Sequence record: LR745206.1
Strand: one strand, 5' to 3'
Length of the DNA: 64,000 bases
Shown one piece after another: positions 30,912-39,891 of the stretch (the first letter of the stretch is position 1; the number at the start of each line of letters is the position of its first letter). Below the pieces are notes generated by a model. The model was not told the origin of the DNA and searched no databases. It was given only the letters and a program-made list of their open reading frames with translations. The position numbers and the translations under genes were made by a program.

Positions 30912-31472
30912 ATGAAAAATCAAGAACAAGAATTTAGAAAAAAATGTAAGGAATGTTTACCAGAAAATATAATGGTAGATGGTATAAAATATAAATTATC
31001 AGCAGAAATGTTGATGGGTGGTAAAACCTTCCGAATTAGTTACGGAGAATTTGATGGAGATACTTTTAATTGGGATAATAAACATTTGGATATATTTTAT
31101 GCCATTTGTGAAATTATACCTGAAAAAAAGGAATACAAACAAGGAGAATTACATGATGGAACTATTTATCTGACGAATTTAGATGATGCAATTAGTGATT
31201 GTACTAAAAAACTAAACGAGGTTAGATATGAGCAACTTGACGAAATAGTAACAAGAGAAACAGAATTTAATAGAGAACTAACATCATTGTTGAATAGATA
31301 CAGTAAAGAAAATGGAAGTGATACACCAGATTTTATACTCACAAATTACTTGATTGGTTGTTTGAGAATATTCAACTACACTCAAAATGCAAGAGAAAAA
31401 TGGTATGGCAGAGAAAAGGAAGTTGTTACTGATTTATTGAGGATGGAAAAAAATAAAACAAAAAAGATTTAA
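30912..31472 (+). CDS. hypothetical phage protein (C-terminal ENGSDTPDFIL domain)
   Basis: ATG 30912; LLNRYSKENGSDTPDFILTNYL..CL; followed by attC-like site 1. Confidence 0.7.
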   Translation: MKNQEQEFRKKCKECLPENIMVDGIKYKLSAEMLMGGKTFRISYGEFDGDTFNWDNKHLDIFYAICEIIPEKKEYKQGELHDGTIYLTNLDDAISDCTKKLNEVRYEQLDEIVTRETEFNRELTSLLNRYSKENGSDTPDFILTNYLIGCLRIFNYTQNAREKWYGREKEVVTDLLRMEKNKTKKI

Positions 31473-31500
31473 CCGATGAACTTTACTACGAAGCACGAAG

Positions 31501-31645
31501 GCATTGCTACTAACGTTTTGCACCTATGCGAAGACAGGGTTTAAAAAGCACTTACCTGTCGGCTCGCACAAACTTAATTAAGTGTTTCAAACTTTCGGCT
31601 ACCACTACACCCCTGCTTTTGCATAGGTGCTGTTATAAGCCGTTT
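31501..31645 (+). repeat. attC-like site 1
   Basis: TAAC 31511-31514, GTTTT spacer, GCACCTATGC/GCATAGGTGC perfect 10-bp stem, T, GTTA 31632-31635. Confidence 0.8.
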
Positions 31646-31659
31646 TTATTCTAATTATT

Positions 31660-32034
31660 ATGACAAAAAAATATAGTATATCAGTAGTCGGAAAAGATTT
31701 ATTTCCACAAAGAATGCACTTAGAAAAAGAGATAGGTGAGGTTTTTTATGAGCAAATTATTACAGTATTGGAATTGACTGGAGAAGAAGTTAGCGATGGT
31801 GGAATTACCGATTACAGATTAGGCGTTTATTTGGATTCAAAAAATGGGGGAACACGAAAATTCAATCTTGAAGAAAAGATATTTGATAAAATAATTGAAA
31901 ACTTTGGTCACAAATTTTATGACAAGCTAAAAGGCTATTCTAAACGTGAGCAAAAGAAAGGTAGTGAGATTTTATTTCAACTTCATCAAGGAAATATAAC
32001 TTTAAAGGATTTTGATGATAGGCTTGGCTATTAA
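31660..32034 (+). CDS. cassette A hypothetical protein
   Basis: 124-aa ORF; stop codon abuts the inverse core site. Confidence 0.7.
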   Translation: MTKKYSISVVGKDLFPQRMHLEKEIGEVFYEQIITVLELTGEEVSDGGITDYRLGVYLDSKNGGTRKFNLEEKIFDKIIENFGHKFYDKLKGYSKREQKKGSEILFQLHQGNITLKDFDDRLGY

Positions 32035-32142
32035 ATGGCTTATAACGGTTTGCGTATAAGAGATGTGGCACTTATACGAATGTTTAAATCAAGGCATAAA
32101 GCCCAATGTGCCATATCTTTTATACGCTGTTATGTGCTTGGC
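32033..32142 (+). repeat. attC-like site 2
   Basis: TAAC 32043-32046, GGTTT, 20-bp stem GCGTATAAGAGATGTGGCAC/GTGCCATATCTTTTATACGC (with G-T pairs), T, GTTA 32129-32132. Confidence 0.8.
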
Positions 32143-32176
32143 GGTTTATCAGCACTAAATTTAATTTGAAAACGAA

Positions 32177-32395
32177 ATGACAAAAGACGAAATTATCAAA
32201 CAACGCTATCCTTTTTACAACCCTGACATTGCACAAAAGGATATTGAAATTAACGCAGAAGCAGTTAAAGAACTGATGGAAGCATATTGGATTGACCAAT
32301 TAAAAGGGTTGGTTGAAGATTTAGGACAAGTGCATCCTGAATATATTATTGAACGTATAAAGGATGAAATTTCGTCTTTGGAACACGGAATATAG
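32177..32395 (+). CDS. cassette B hypothetical protein
   Basis: 72-aa ORF; stop codon abuts the inverse core site. Confidence 0.65.
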   Translation: MTKDEIIKQRYPFYNPDIAQKDIEINAEAVKELMEAYWIDQLKGLVEDLGQVHPEYIIERIKDEISSLEHGI

Positions 32396-32463
32396 CCTTG
32401 CATATAACGGTCGGGTATAAACCATCGTTTTAATGTGGTTTATGCCTTGTTACCTGCTGGTGC
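32395..32463 (+). repeat. attC-like site 3
   Basis: TAAC 32405-32408, GGTCG, GGTATAAACCA/TGGTTTATGCC, loop TCGTTTTAATG, GTTA 32449-32452. Confidence 0.8.
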
Positions 32464-32522
32464 GGTTTATTTAGCAGGATGTTGATTTGAAAACGAATAG
32501 AAAATTTAAAAAGTTTTAGAGT

Positions 32523-33248
32523 ATGAGATATACAGGAAATAAAAGTAGAATAGCCAAACACATTTTACCTATAATATTAAATGGTAGAAAACCTAATCAG
32601 TGGTTTGTTGAACCCTTTGTAGGTGGTGCAAATATTACGGATAAAGTTGAAGGGTTAAGACTTGCTTCAGACTACAATAAACATTTGATTGAATTTTATA
32701 AAGCATTGCAAGATGGTTGGACACCACCATTAAGAATAAGTAAAAATGAATATGACGATATAAAACAAAATCAAGAACGAGATAGTAAAATGACTGTGTG
32801 GGCAGGAATATGTTGTAGTTATGGTGGAAGATGGTTTGGTGGGTTTTTGAGTGACTATCAAGAATCAAAAAGATTAAAAAACGGAAGATTACCTAATCAT
32901 CAAGACGAGGCAAGGCGTAGTTTGATAACTCAAATACCTAATTTAATATCAGTTCATTTTATTTACTCTGATTATAAGAATTTAGAAATACCACCTAATT
33001 CAATTATTTATTGTGACCCACCATACGAAGGAACTGTTAAATATAAAAACGGAATAAACCACAACGAATTTTGGAATTGGTGTAGAGAAAAAGCAAATCA
33101 AGGACATACAATTTTTATAAGTGAATACAATGCACCTACTGACTTTGAATGTATTTGGCAAATGGAATTAAGCAATACGTTAAGTAAACAGAATAATTTT
33201 AAGAGCGTGGAAAAACTTTTTAAATTTTCTCCCACAAATGTTCAATAG
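32523..33248 (+). CDS. cassette C: DNA adenine methyltransferase (D12 class)
   Basis: MRYTGNKSR, FVEPFVGGAN, YCDPPY, FISEY. Confidence 0.9.
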   Translation: MRYTGNKSRIAKHILPIILNGRKPNQWFVEPFVGGANITDKVEGLRLASDYNKHLIEFYKALQDGWTPPLRISKNEYDDIKQNQERDSKMTVWAGICCSYGGRWFGGFLSDYQESKRLKNGRLPNHQDEARRSLITQIPNLISVHFIYSDYKNLEIPPNSIIYCDPPYEGTVKYKNGINHNEFWNWCREKANQGHTIFISEYNAPTDFECIWQMELSNTLSKQNNFKSVEKLFKFSPTNVQ

Positions 33249-33261
33249 TAGCAGTATCGTA

Positions 33262-33329
33262 GCACTTGCAGGTAACGGACGGTGCTATACGCTCGTTTTA
33301 ATGGCGTATAGCACGTGTTACAGGTAGTA
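33262..33329 (+). repeat. attC-like site 4
   Basis: TAAC 33273-33276, GGACG, GTGCTATACGC/GCGTATAGCAC perfect stem, loop TCGTTTTAATG identical to site 3, GTTA 33317-33320. Confidence 0.8.
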
Positions 33330-33382
33330 TGGATTTATACCGCAAAACTTAATTAGAAGTACAAACTAAAAAGAATTTAAAA

Positions 33383-34291
33383 ATGAGCGTAGGCAAAAAA
33401 GAAAAAATAAACGTATTATCCTATTTTGATGGCATTAGCTGCGGACAGATAGCGTTAGAACGTGCTGGATTAGAAATTGAAAATTACTTTGCTTGTGAGA
33501 TAAAACCACACGCAATTGAAACTACATTGATAAATTACCCGAACACAAAACACTTAGGTAGTGTTACGGAAGTAGATTTGGATAATTTACCATTTATAGA
33601 TTTATTTATTGGGGGTTCTCCGTGTAAAGGGATTTCAAGATTGAATAAAAATCAAGAAGGACTTGAACATTCTGAAAGTAAATTATTTTGGGTTTATGTT
33701 GATACGCTTGAAAAATTGAGAGTTAATAACCCAAACATTATATTCTTATTGGAGAACACTCACGGAAATAAAGAAGCAACAAATACTATTACAGAGGTTT
33801 TAGGAGTTAAACCAATTTCGATAAATAGCAAACTTGTTTCAGCACAAAATAGACCACGCTATTATTGGACTAACATACCAAACATTACTCAACCAATTGA
33901 TAAAGGAATTACGACAAAAGATGTGTTTGATTATAGTGGTGAATTAGCACACGAATGTAGAGTGAAATGGCTTACAAACGAAAGCGGAATTAAAAGTGTT
34001 GCAAATGGATATACAAGAGTAAATCCATTTCCTAAAAGCGGATGCTTAACAGCTAATGGACATAGAAAATGGAATGAAAACTATTTATTGAAAGATGGTG
34101 TTTATCGCTACCTTTCGCAAACAGAAATTGAAAAGTTGCAGACTTTACCAATAGGATATACAAGTAATTTATCATTTGATGATGCTTATGATGTTATCGG
34201 AGATGGATGGACAGTAGATGTAATTGCTCATATTTTTTCTTTTTTAAAGGAGGGAAAATTTTTAAATTCTTTTTCAGACGAAAATGTTTAA
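33383..34291 (+). CDS. dcm: cassette D: C5 cytosine DNA methyltransferase
   Basis: VLSYFDGISCG (motif I), GGSPC (IV), LLEN (VI), QNRPRYYW (VIII), IGDGWT (X). Confidence 0.9.
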   Translation: MSVGKKEKINVLSYFDGISCGQIALERAGLEIENYFACEIKPHAIETTLINYPNTKHLGSVTEVDLDNLPFIDLFIGGSPCKGISRLNKNQEGLEHSESKLFWVYVDTLEKLRVNNPNIIFLLENTHGNKEATNTITEVLGVKPISINSKLVSAQNRPRYYWTNIPNITQPIDKGITTKDVFDYSGELAHECRVKWLTNESGIKSVANGYTRVNPFPKSGCLTANGHRKWNENYLLKDGVYRYLSQTEIEKLQTLPIGYTSNLSFDDAYDVIGDGWTVDVIAHIFSFLKEGKFLNSFSDENV

Positions 34292-34304
34292 TCGAAGCAC
34301 CCCC

Positions 34305-34317
34305 TATTACCTGTAAC
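34305..34317 (+). repeat. terminal attC-like half-site (inverse core only)
   Basis: TATTACCTGTAAC, complementary to the cassette D start GTTACAGGTAGTA; no hairpin follows. Confidence 0.7.
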
Positions 34318-34319
34318 TT

Positions 34320-34680
34320 ATGATTAAAGAAGAAGTAAAATATTCGGAATTTCAAGAAAATATCTTCAACGCAGTAATGGTTACTAATAAGAATATAGTA
34401 GTAAAAGCGACTGCAGGGTCAGGTAAAACATTTACTACTATTGAGATATCTAAATTAATACCCCCTAATAAGAGTTGTATTTTTGTAGCTTTTAATAAAT
34501 CTATTGTTGAAGAATTACAATTAAAATTATCTCCTAATATAGAATGTTCTACAGTACATTCAAAAGGTATGAGTGTACTTACTTCATTTTTTAAATCTCG
34601 TTTAGTTTTAAATGAATTTAAAACTTTCAGATTTGCAGAAAAATACTTAAAAGATCTGGATAGAAAAGAGAAGTTTATTA
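34320..34680 (+). pseudogene. N-terminal fragment of a UvrD/Rep (SF1) helicase
   Basis: SEFQ, ATAGSGKT (Walker A), VAFNKSIV (Ia), STVHS (Ib); after ~120 aa the ORF becomes antisense of the neighbouring gene; no Walker B. Confidence 0.75.
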
Positions 34681-37600
34681 AGATCCTACGACCAAGTGGT
34701 TTAGAAATTGGCTTAGGTTCTTCAACTGGTTTCTGTGGATCATACTCATCCTTCAATGATTTTATTAGTTCTTTTAAGAAATCTTTGAAAGTGGTTTCCA
34801 TCTCTCTTTCTTTACCCTTCTCAGCTTTTGATCTATCAAAACTAATACGGCTCAAAAAATCAAATGAATCTTTTAACTCTGGTTTATTCATTCTAAGGGA
34901 TCTAGGAGCTTCCGCTTTTCTGTAACTAAATACCTTTTCAACTAAAGTTTTGAACTCATCAAGTTTATTAGTAGATCCTAAATAGGATAAAATATATTTA
35001 AATGCTAATAATCTAATAGTTTTAGGTTTCTTAACATCTTCCTTCGTTTTAGAATCTCTACCCCAATATGAAGTATTATCCTTTATAGTACCAATTGAGT
35101 TAACATATTTTTCAAATTTTACTTTATCATATAGATAATAACAAACTTGTAAATTATACTGAACCCATTGCTCACTTTCATCAACATGCTTTAGTGTCCA
35201 TTCATATAAAGATTTTAAGTTATCATCAGTAAGTTCTAACTCTTTAAAATCTCTACTTGATCTAGATATTACTTTAGCTATTGTGTGTAATAAACTACTA
35301 TCAAATGTTGCTCCTCTACCTTTAAAATCCCACTCAGATATTTTATCAGCATCCGATTCTGTTTCACCTTTCCCTACTTTTAACTTATCTAAATTAGTTA
35401 AAATCATCAACACCATTAAATCATATTCACCTTTATCATATCTAAATACGGATAAACCATCAACATAATCTTTGAAATAAGTATCATACCATTTCTTTGG
35501 TGTAATACGACTTGAATATCCATAACCAGATTTACTAGAAGCATTTTTTAAGTCACTTAATAACTTATATTGATATTCCTTCTTCTTAGCAAAAGATATG
35601 GCTTCCTCTAGTTTATCTTCAAAACCACTACCTTTAAACAGTGTTCTATAAGATGTTGTTGAATACTCACGCATTTCATTTTTACTTCTAACTATTGCTA
35701 TTAAATGAGTATAGGCATTTTCTAAATCTAACTTTCTTTCAACCAAGGTCTTGTAGTATTCTTCTGAATAGGTTATTGTCTCTTCACCTTCTCTATTAGT
35801 GTGTCTGGATTTGGCACCCTTTAATGATTCCCTAATTATATCAATTTCCTCATCCTTACCTATCGTGTATCCTAATCCAGTTAAATATTCAATTATTTTA
35901 TTTATATCACTTGGATACCTAGTATCATGAAACATTTTTTTAACAACCTTAGACATTGTTCCTATTTCATCATAATCTTTTTTAGTAAATCCTAATTCAT
36001 TGGCATATTTAATAGTTGTACTAACATCAAAGTCACTATATGATCTCTTATCTTTCTCACTAGCCGTTCTTAACTCACCTAAACCCTTTATAGATATAGC
36101 TTTCTTAACCTTTTCTTTTATTATATTCCAAATATCTGGAACCCTACTCATACCATTCTTAGTAGAAATAAATGACCAAAAGTCAACATATAAATTAATT
36201 GATGTTTTGTCCTTTATAGTATATTGTTCCCATCTCTCATCCGCCATATAAGTTGGTTTTACCCTCTCCTCAATGATATTATTTACCTTATCACTAATAT
36301 AATCTGTCAATAATTTATGAGCATTCTTATCAACCAATTTCAACAATTCATTAAAACTTGATAACTTAGCATATGATTTAATATCATCCATACTACCATT
36401 ACCATATATACCAAATATATTAATAAATACATTTAAACTCTCTTTATCAATTATTTTATAACCAATTTTATATAATGAATCAATTACTGACTTATTTAAT
36501 GGTAACTTTTCTCTAAATATATCACTTAATGTTACTATATTACTCCTAGTTTTTGCTAACTTTTTACTTGCTATTTTTCTACCTCCACTATCTTGTGGTA
36601 ATGGTTCTTTTGGTAACAATTGAACTAATTCCGGACCAATATCAAAAAATAACATTGAGTTAAGTCTAAATAAAGATTTACCACTATCAGAATTACGATC
36701 TATTCCTAATTTTTCCCAATCATCACTCCAAAATGTAGCAGTCAATCTATTACGAATGGAAATTTTATCTGGATAGTCCTTAAATAAATCTATCATCAAT
36801 TTTGTTTCTCTATCTAATGCTGATGAATAACTCTTAACTATTTCCTCTTTGGTAAATCCAACAGAAAATAAATTATCTATTTTTAGATTTGATGATTGTT
36901 TTATTATACCAGTTTTAATCAATTCATCCTTTGTGAAATATGATAATGAAGCAGGATCTATATTTGTATATTTGTATAATTTATTATCAATTACTTCCTC
37001 TTTAGTTAATTTTAATATAACAAATAGGTTAGATAAATTTGTTCTATTATCCAATCTTTGAATACATTTTTTAGATAAAATAGTTTCGTTATCCAATTCC
37101 TTTAGTTGATCCCAACTCAATTCAGTTTTTGATAAAATATCCAATTTATCTTTCTCTTCTTTGGTAAAATATTCTGTATCATTTTTCTTTGGTCGCATTC
37201 TATAACCATATCTATCCTTGTTTTTAAAAACCAACTTCTTGTTTATAATATCATCTTTGGATATACCATAATCTAAGAGTATGCTAACTGGTATATCATT
37301 CCAGTCTGTCATTGCTTTCAAAGTATCAATTGACACATATAAATCTCTAAGTAAAACTCCCCTTTCCTTTAGAATATTTTCAATTTTATCCTTACTTACT
37401 GACCCATCATATTTATCATGTGCTGTTGTGTAATCAAAATGTGTTGTTAAACCTATCTTGGACATTTTATCATTCTTACCAAAATTATCAACTAAGAATA
37501 TAACCCATTGTAGCCCACCATTAGCATATGAATCAAACGTAGAAGATGAACGAACAATACACCAAGATGTATCACCACCCAATTTCTTTATCTGATTATA

Positions 37601-38206
37601 GTTTACTTGACATATTATAATATCATGTTCATCATCAGCAACTTTTATATAAGCTCCTGTATCTTCCACTTGTTTTAATAACTTACCAAAGTTACTATCT
37701 AATTGTGATTGTAATAATCGTTTAGCCGCTTCGACCAAAGTTTTTTTATCCCTGAAAGAAGATATCTTTCTTATCAACGAAGGTAAGGATTTATTCTTAC
37801 CCAATTGGTTTAATAATATTAAATCATTCTCATCTGTTAATGAGAAAAATGCTTTCTGGTGTGATGGGAATTGATTGATTACTTTCTTAGCACTTGATTT
37901 AATTTTAGCTTGTTCAACTTGGTCCCAAAATTGTTCAACTGATTCTAAATCAACAATAGATTTAGTGAAATAAGTTATTAAACCACTCTTATCTTTAGCA
38001 ATCTCCCAGATGTTTTTTAACTCATCCATTGGTTGCTTATCAACATATCTTAACTTGGTGAACCACTGAGTATATCCATCGTTACCTTTAAGCATATCTC
38101 GAATAGCTAGATAATCAGTATCGGTTTGTTCTATTCCTAATTTTTTAAGTATAGCTTTAGCACCAATAACGTTTTCGTTTAAATGGAATCTTGAGATATA
38201 TTTCAT
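34352..38206 (-). CDS. very large protein with CTS-like N-terminus; natural 3' end probably lost
   Basis: MKYISRFHLNEN; TAATATATAC at 38211-38220; last ~110 codons (below ~34680) are antisense of the helicase fragment. Confidence 0.7.
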   Translation of the reverse strand: MKYISRFHLNENVIGAKAILKKLGIEQTDTDYLAIRDMLKGNDGYTQWFTKLRYVDKQPMDELKNIWEIAKDKSGLITYFTKSIVDLESVEQFWDQVEQAKIKSSAKKVINQFPSHQKAFFSLTDENDLILLNQLGKNKSLPSLIRKISSFRDKKTLVEAAKRLLQSQLDSNFGKLLKQVEDTGAYIKVADDEHDIIICQVNYNQIKKLGGDTSWCIVRSSSTFDSYANGGLQWVIFLVDNFGKNDKMSKIGLTTHFDYTTAHDKYDGSVSKDKIENILKERGVLLRDLYVSIDTLKAMTDWNDIPVSILLDYGISKDDIINKKLVFKNKDRYGYRMRPKKNDTEYFTKEEKDKLDILSKTELSWDQLKELDNETILSKKCIQRLDNRTNLSNLFVILKLTKEEVIDNKLYKYTNIDPASLSYFTKDELIKTGIIKQSSNLKIDNLFSVGFTKEEIVKSYSSALDRETKLMIDLFKDYPDKISIRNRLTATFWSDDWEKLGIDRNSDSGKSLFRLNSMLFFDIGPELVQLLPKEPLPQDSGGRKIASKKLAKTRSNIVTLSDIFREKLPLNKSVIDSLYKIGYKIIDKESLNVFINIFGIYGNGSMDDIKSYAKLSSFNELLKLVDKNAHKLLTDYISDKVNNIIEERVKPTYMADERWEQYTIKDKTSINLYVDFWSFISTKNGMSRVPDIWNIIKEKVKKAISIKGLGELRTASEKDKRSYSDFDVSTTIKYANELGFTKKDYDEIGTMSKVVKKMFHDTRYPSDINKIIEYLTGLGYTIGKDEEIDIIRESLKGAKSRHTNREGEETITYSEEYYKTLVERKLDLENAYTHLIAIVRSKNEMREYSTTSYRTLFKGSGFEDKLEEAISFAKKKEYQYKLLSDLKNASSKSGYGYSSRITPKKWYDTYFKDYVDGLSVFRYDKGEYDLMVLMILTNLDKLKVGKGETESDADKISEWDFKGRGATFDSSLLHTIAKVISRSSRDFKELELTDDNLKSLYEWTLKHVDESEQWVQYNLQVCYYLYDKVKFEKYVNSIGTIKDNTSYWGRDSKTKEDVKKPKTIRLLAFKYILSYLGSTNKLDEFKTLVEKVFSYRKAEAPRSLRMNKPELKDSFDFLSRISFDRSKAEKGKEREMETTFKDFLKELIKSLKDEYDPQKPVEEPKPISKPLGRRILINFSFLSRSFKYFSANLKVLNSFKTKRDLKNEVSTLIPFECTVEHSILGDNFNCNSSTIDLLKATKIQLLLGGINLDISIVVNVLPDPAVAFTTIFLLVTITALKIFS

Positions 38207-38244
38207 GAAGGTATATATTAATACCTTGATTTAGAAATATAGAT

Positions 38245-38655
38245 TTAGGAATTTTTATTAAAATTTATAGACATAATAACGAAGTTTCCTGTCTCATGAT
38301 TATTAACCAATCCAATAAAGTTTTCATACTTTATTTTATATTCTCTAGTAGCTCCCATCATTTGAGGCCATTTTACATTCTCCATTGTGAATTCAACCTC
38401 AACATTATAATCATATGACAACATCATATAATCATAACAACGTTCAATATATTCCAAAGTGTCCATGACATCAAACCTACCAAATTTCTCACTAGTTCCC
38501 TTTATCTTTACTGATAAACCACCATAACTCGGAGCAAATAATATACCGTCATCTATCCAAATATTGAATCCATCATCTTTTAATTCCTGAAAGATGTCTA
38601 ATATTTCATCTTTATTATAATCTTTGGATTCATTAAATTTCCTTAAATATTTCAT
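38245..38655 (-). CDS. CTS-like N-terminus, DIFxELxDDG family
   Basis: MKYLRKFNES; ILDIFQELKDDG. Confidence 0.75.
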   Translation of the reverse strand: MKYLRKFNESKDYNKDEILDIFQELKDDGFNIWIDDGILFAPSYGGLSVKIKGTSEKFGRFDVMDTLEYIERCYDYMMLSYDYNVEVEFTMENVKWPQMMGATREYKIKYENFIGLVNNHETGNFVIMSINFNKNS

Positions 38656-39203
38656 AAAACAAATTCAATTTTAAGATGTCTTAGTCTATCACCTTTATCT
38701 AATATAAAATCAGTTAATAAATCTGTTGAATATGCGCCTTTAGTAGGCTTGTGAATAGGACCAGTATTCCCATCTGGTCTAAACCCCTTTTCTAAATAAC
38801 CAGGACCAATACTTTGATTACCACTTTGTCCAAATTCACCAGCATTTACCCATTTAACCCCAGCTCTACCTATTTTTAATTCAGTATATCCCTCACACCT
38901 TATGATAGCATCAACCAACTCTTTTGTTATTTCATCACCATTGATAACCTGTCTATATCTAACACCTGATTCTGTTTGTTTTGAAAGATTTATAGGAACA
39001 ACACTAGCGTCAAGATTAACAACAACAGTTATTTTATCAAATTCTATATCTTTCTTTGAATAATTAGTATATCCTTTAACAATTTTAACATGAGTAAGGT
39101 CACTAACAGTAATGAAGCAATCTTTAACATCTTCAAACTTTGAAGATATTATCTCACTAACTTCTGATTCGAGAGATTCGTTAAAACTTTTTAAGTATTT
39201 CAT
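38652..39203 (-). CDS. CTS-like N-terminus, DIFxELxDDG family
   Basis: MKYLKSFNES; TAATATATAT at 39212-39221. Confidence 0.75.
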   Translation of the reverse strand: MKYLKSFNESLESEVSEIISSKFEDVKDCFITVSDLTHVKIVKGYTNYSKKDIEFDKITVVVNLDASVVPINLSKQTESGVRYRQVINGDEITKELVDAIIRCEGYTELKIGRAGVKWVNAGEFGQSGNQSIGPGYLEKGFRPDGNTGPIHKPTKGAYSTDLLTDFILDKGDRLRHLKIEFVL

Positions 39204-39240
39204 ATATAAAGATATATATTAATCTGCTAAATTCATTCCA

Positions 39241-39891
39241 ATGATTAAACGCATTCTCGAACAAGTTGATCAAAACAAATCGACACCAGTAATGGCAACT
39301 TGTCACATCAATAACCCAAAATATAATACACTTAGAATTAAAAAAGATTTAATTCAGATAGACTTCAATAGTTTATACCCAAATGTTTTAATTAAAATGT
39401 ATGATGAAGGACTTCTTCCACTTGAAAAGGATAATATAGATAATATACGATATTTAATCGAGAATAGAGAAGAAATAAAAAAGGATGATGATAAATATTA
39501 TCAACTAAAAGTAACTGTTAATTCTTATTGGGCTAAATTATACAGGAGAGATCCAAGTAAAGCTAACATAGCAGTAGAATACCTAACACATTTTTATAAT
39601 GAACTCCTATACAAACACAATGATAATATAATTTATATTGATGCTGATATGATTATCATTGAAAAACTTGATAATATAATTGAAGATATAGAAGAGTTAG
39701 ATATACCATATACTATAAAAGATATTAATTATTTCTACTTGATGAGTAAAAAAAGATATGCTTATATTGATAAAGGTAAACTAATAATAAAAGGATATTC
39801 ACCATCAAGAGATCATAAAACAATTCAAGATTTAGAATTAATGATGAAAACTCATATAAGAGAAGATAAATTAATTGAATTGGGTATATGA
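39241..39891 (+). CDS. miniature family-B DNA polymerase-like protein with C-terminal tag
   Basis: IDFNSLYPN (motif A), KVTVNSYW (B), YIDADM (C variant), KKRYAY; ends REDKLIELGI. Confidence 0.7.
   Translation: MIKRILEQVDQNKSTPVMATCHINNPKYNTLRIKKDLIQIDFNSLYPNVLIKMYDEGLLPLEKDNIDNIRYLIENREEIKKDDDKYYQLKVTVNSYWAKLYRRDPSKANIAVEYLTHFYNELLYKHNDNIIYIDADMIIIEKLDNIIEDIEELDIPYTIKDINYFYLMSKKRYAYIDKGKLIIKGYSPSRDHKTIQDLELMMKTHIREDKLIELGI

Larger units (their letters stand above)
31501..34317 (+). mobile_element. integron-like gene-cassette array with no integrase in the window
   Basis: four TAAC...GTTA hairpins plus a terminal half-site; each cassette's start core is complementary to its own end core. Confidence 0.75.
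29062..34680. mobile_element. foreign island flanked by truncated resident genes
   Basis: all + strand genes inside a minus-strand run; lacks both resident peptide tags; truncated genes at both edges; boundaries approximate. Confidence 0.55.

Noticed and set aside
31501-33329. CRISPR array interpretation of the palindromic repeats
   Set aside because: The repeats are non-identical, 60-125 bp long and separated by whole genes rather than ~30-40-bp spacers; no cas genes.
31501-33329. Simple Rho-independent terminators
   Set aside because: No U-tracts after the stems, and terminators would not explain the conserved TAAC/GTTA cores or the cassette-specific end complementarity.
34681-34925. C-terminal part of the 201-aa helicase ORF as a real coding region
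   Set aside because: It is the exact antisense of the 38206 gene and has no SF1 motif II or later motifs.
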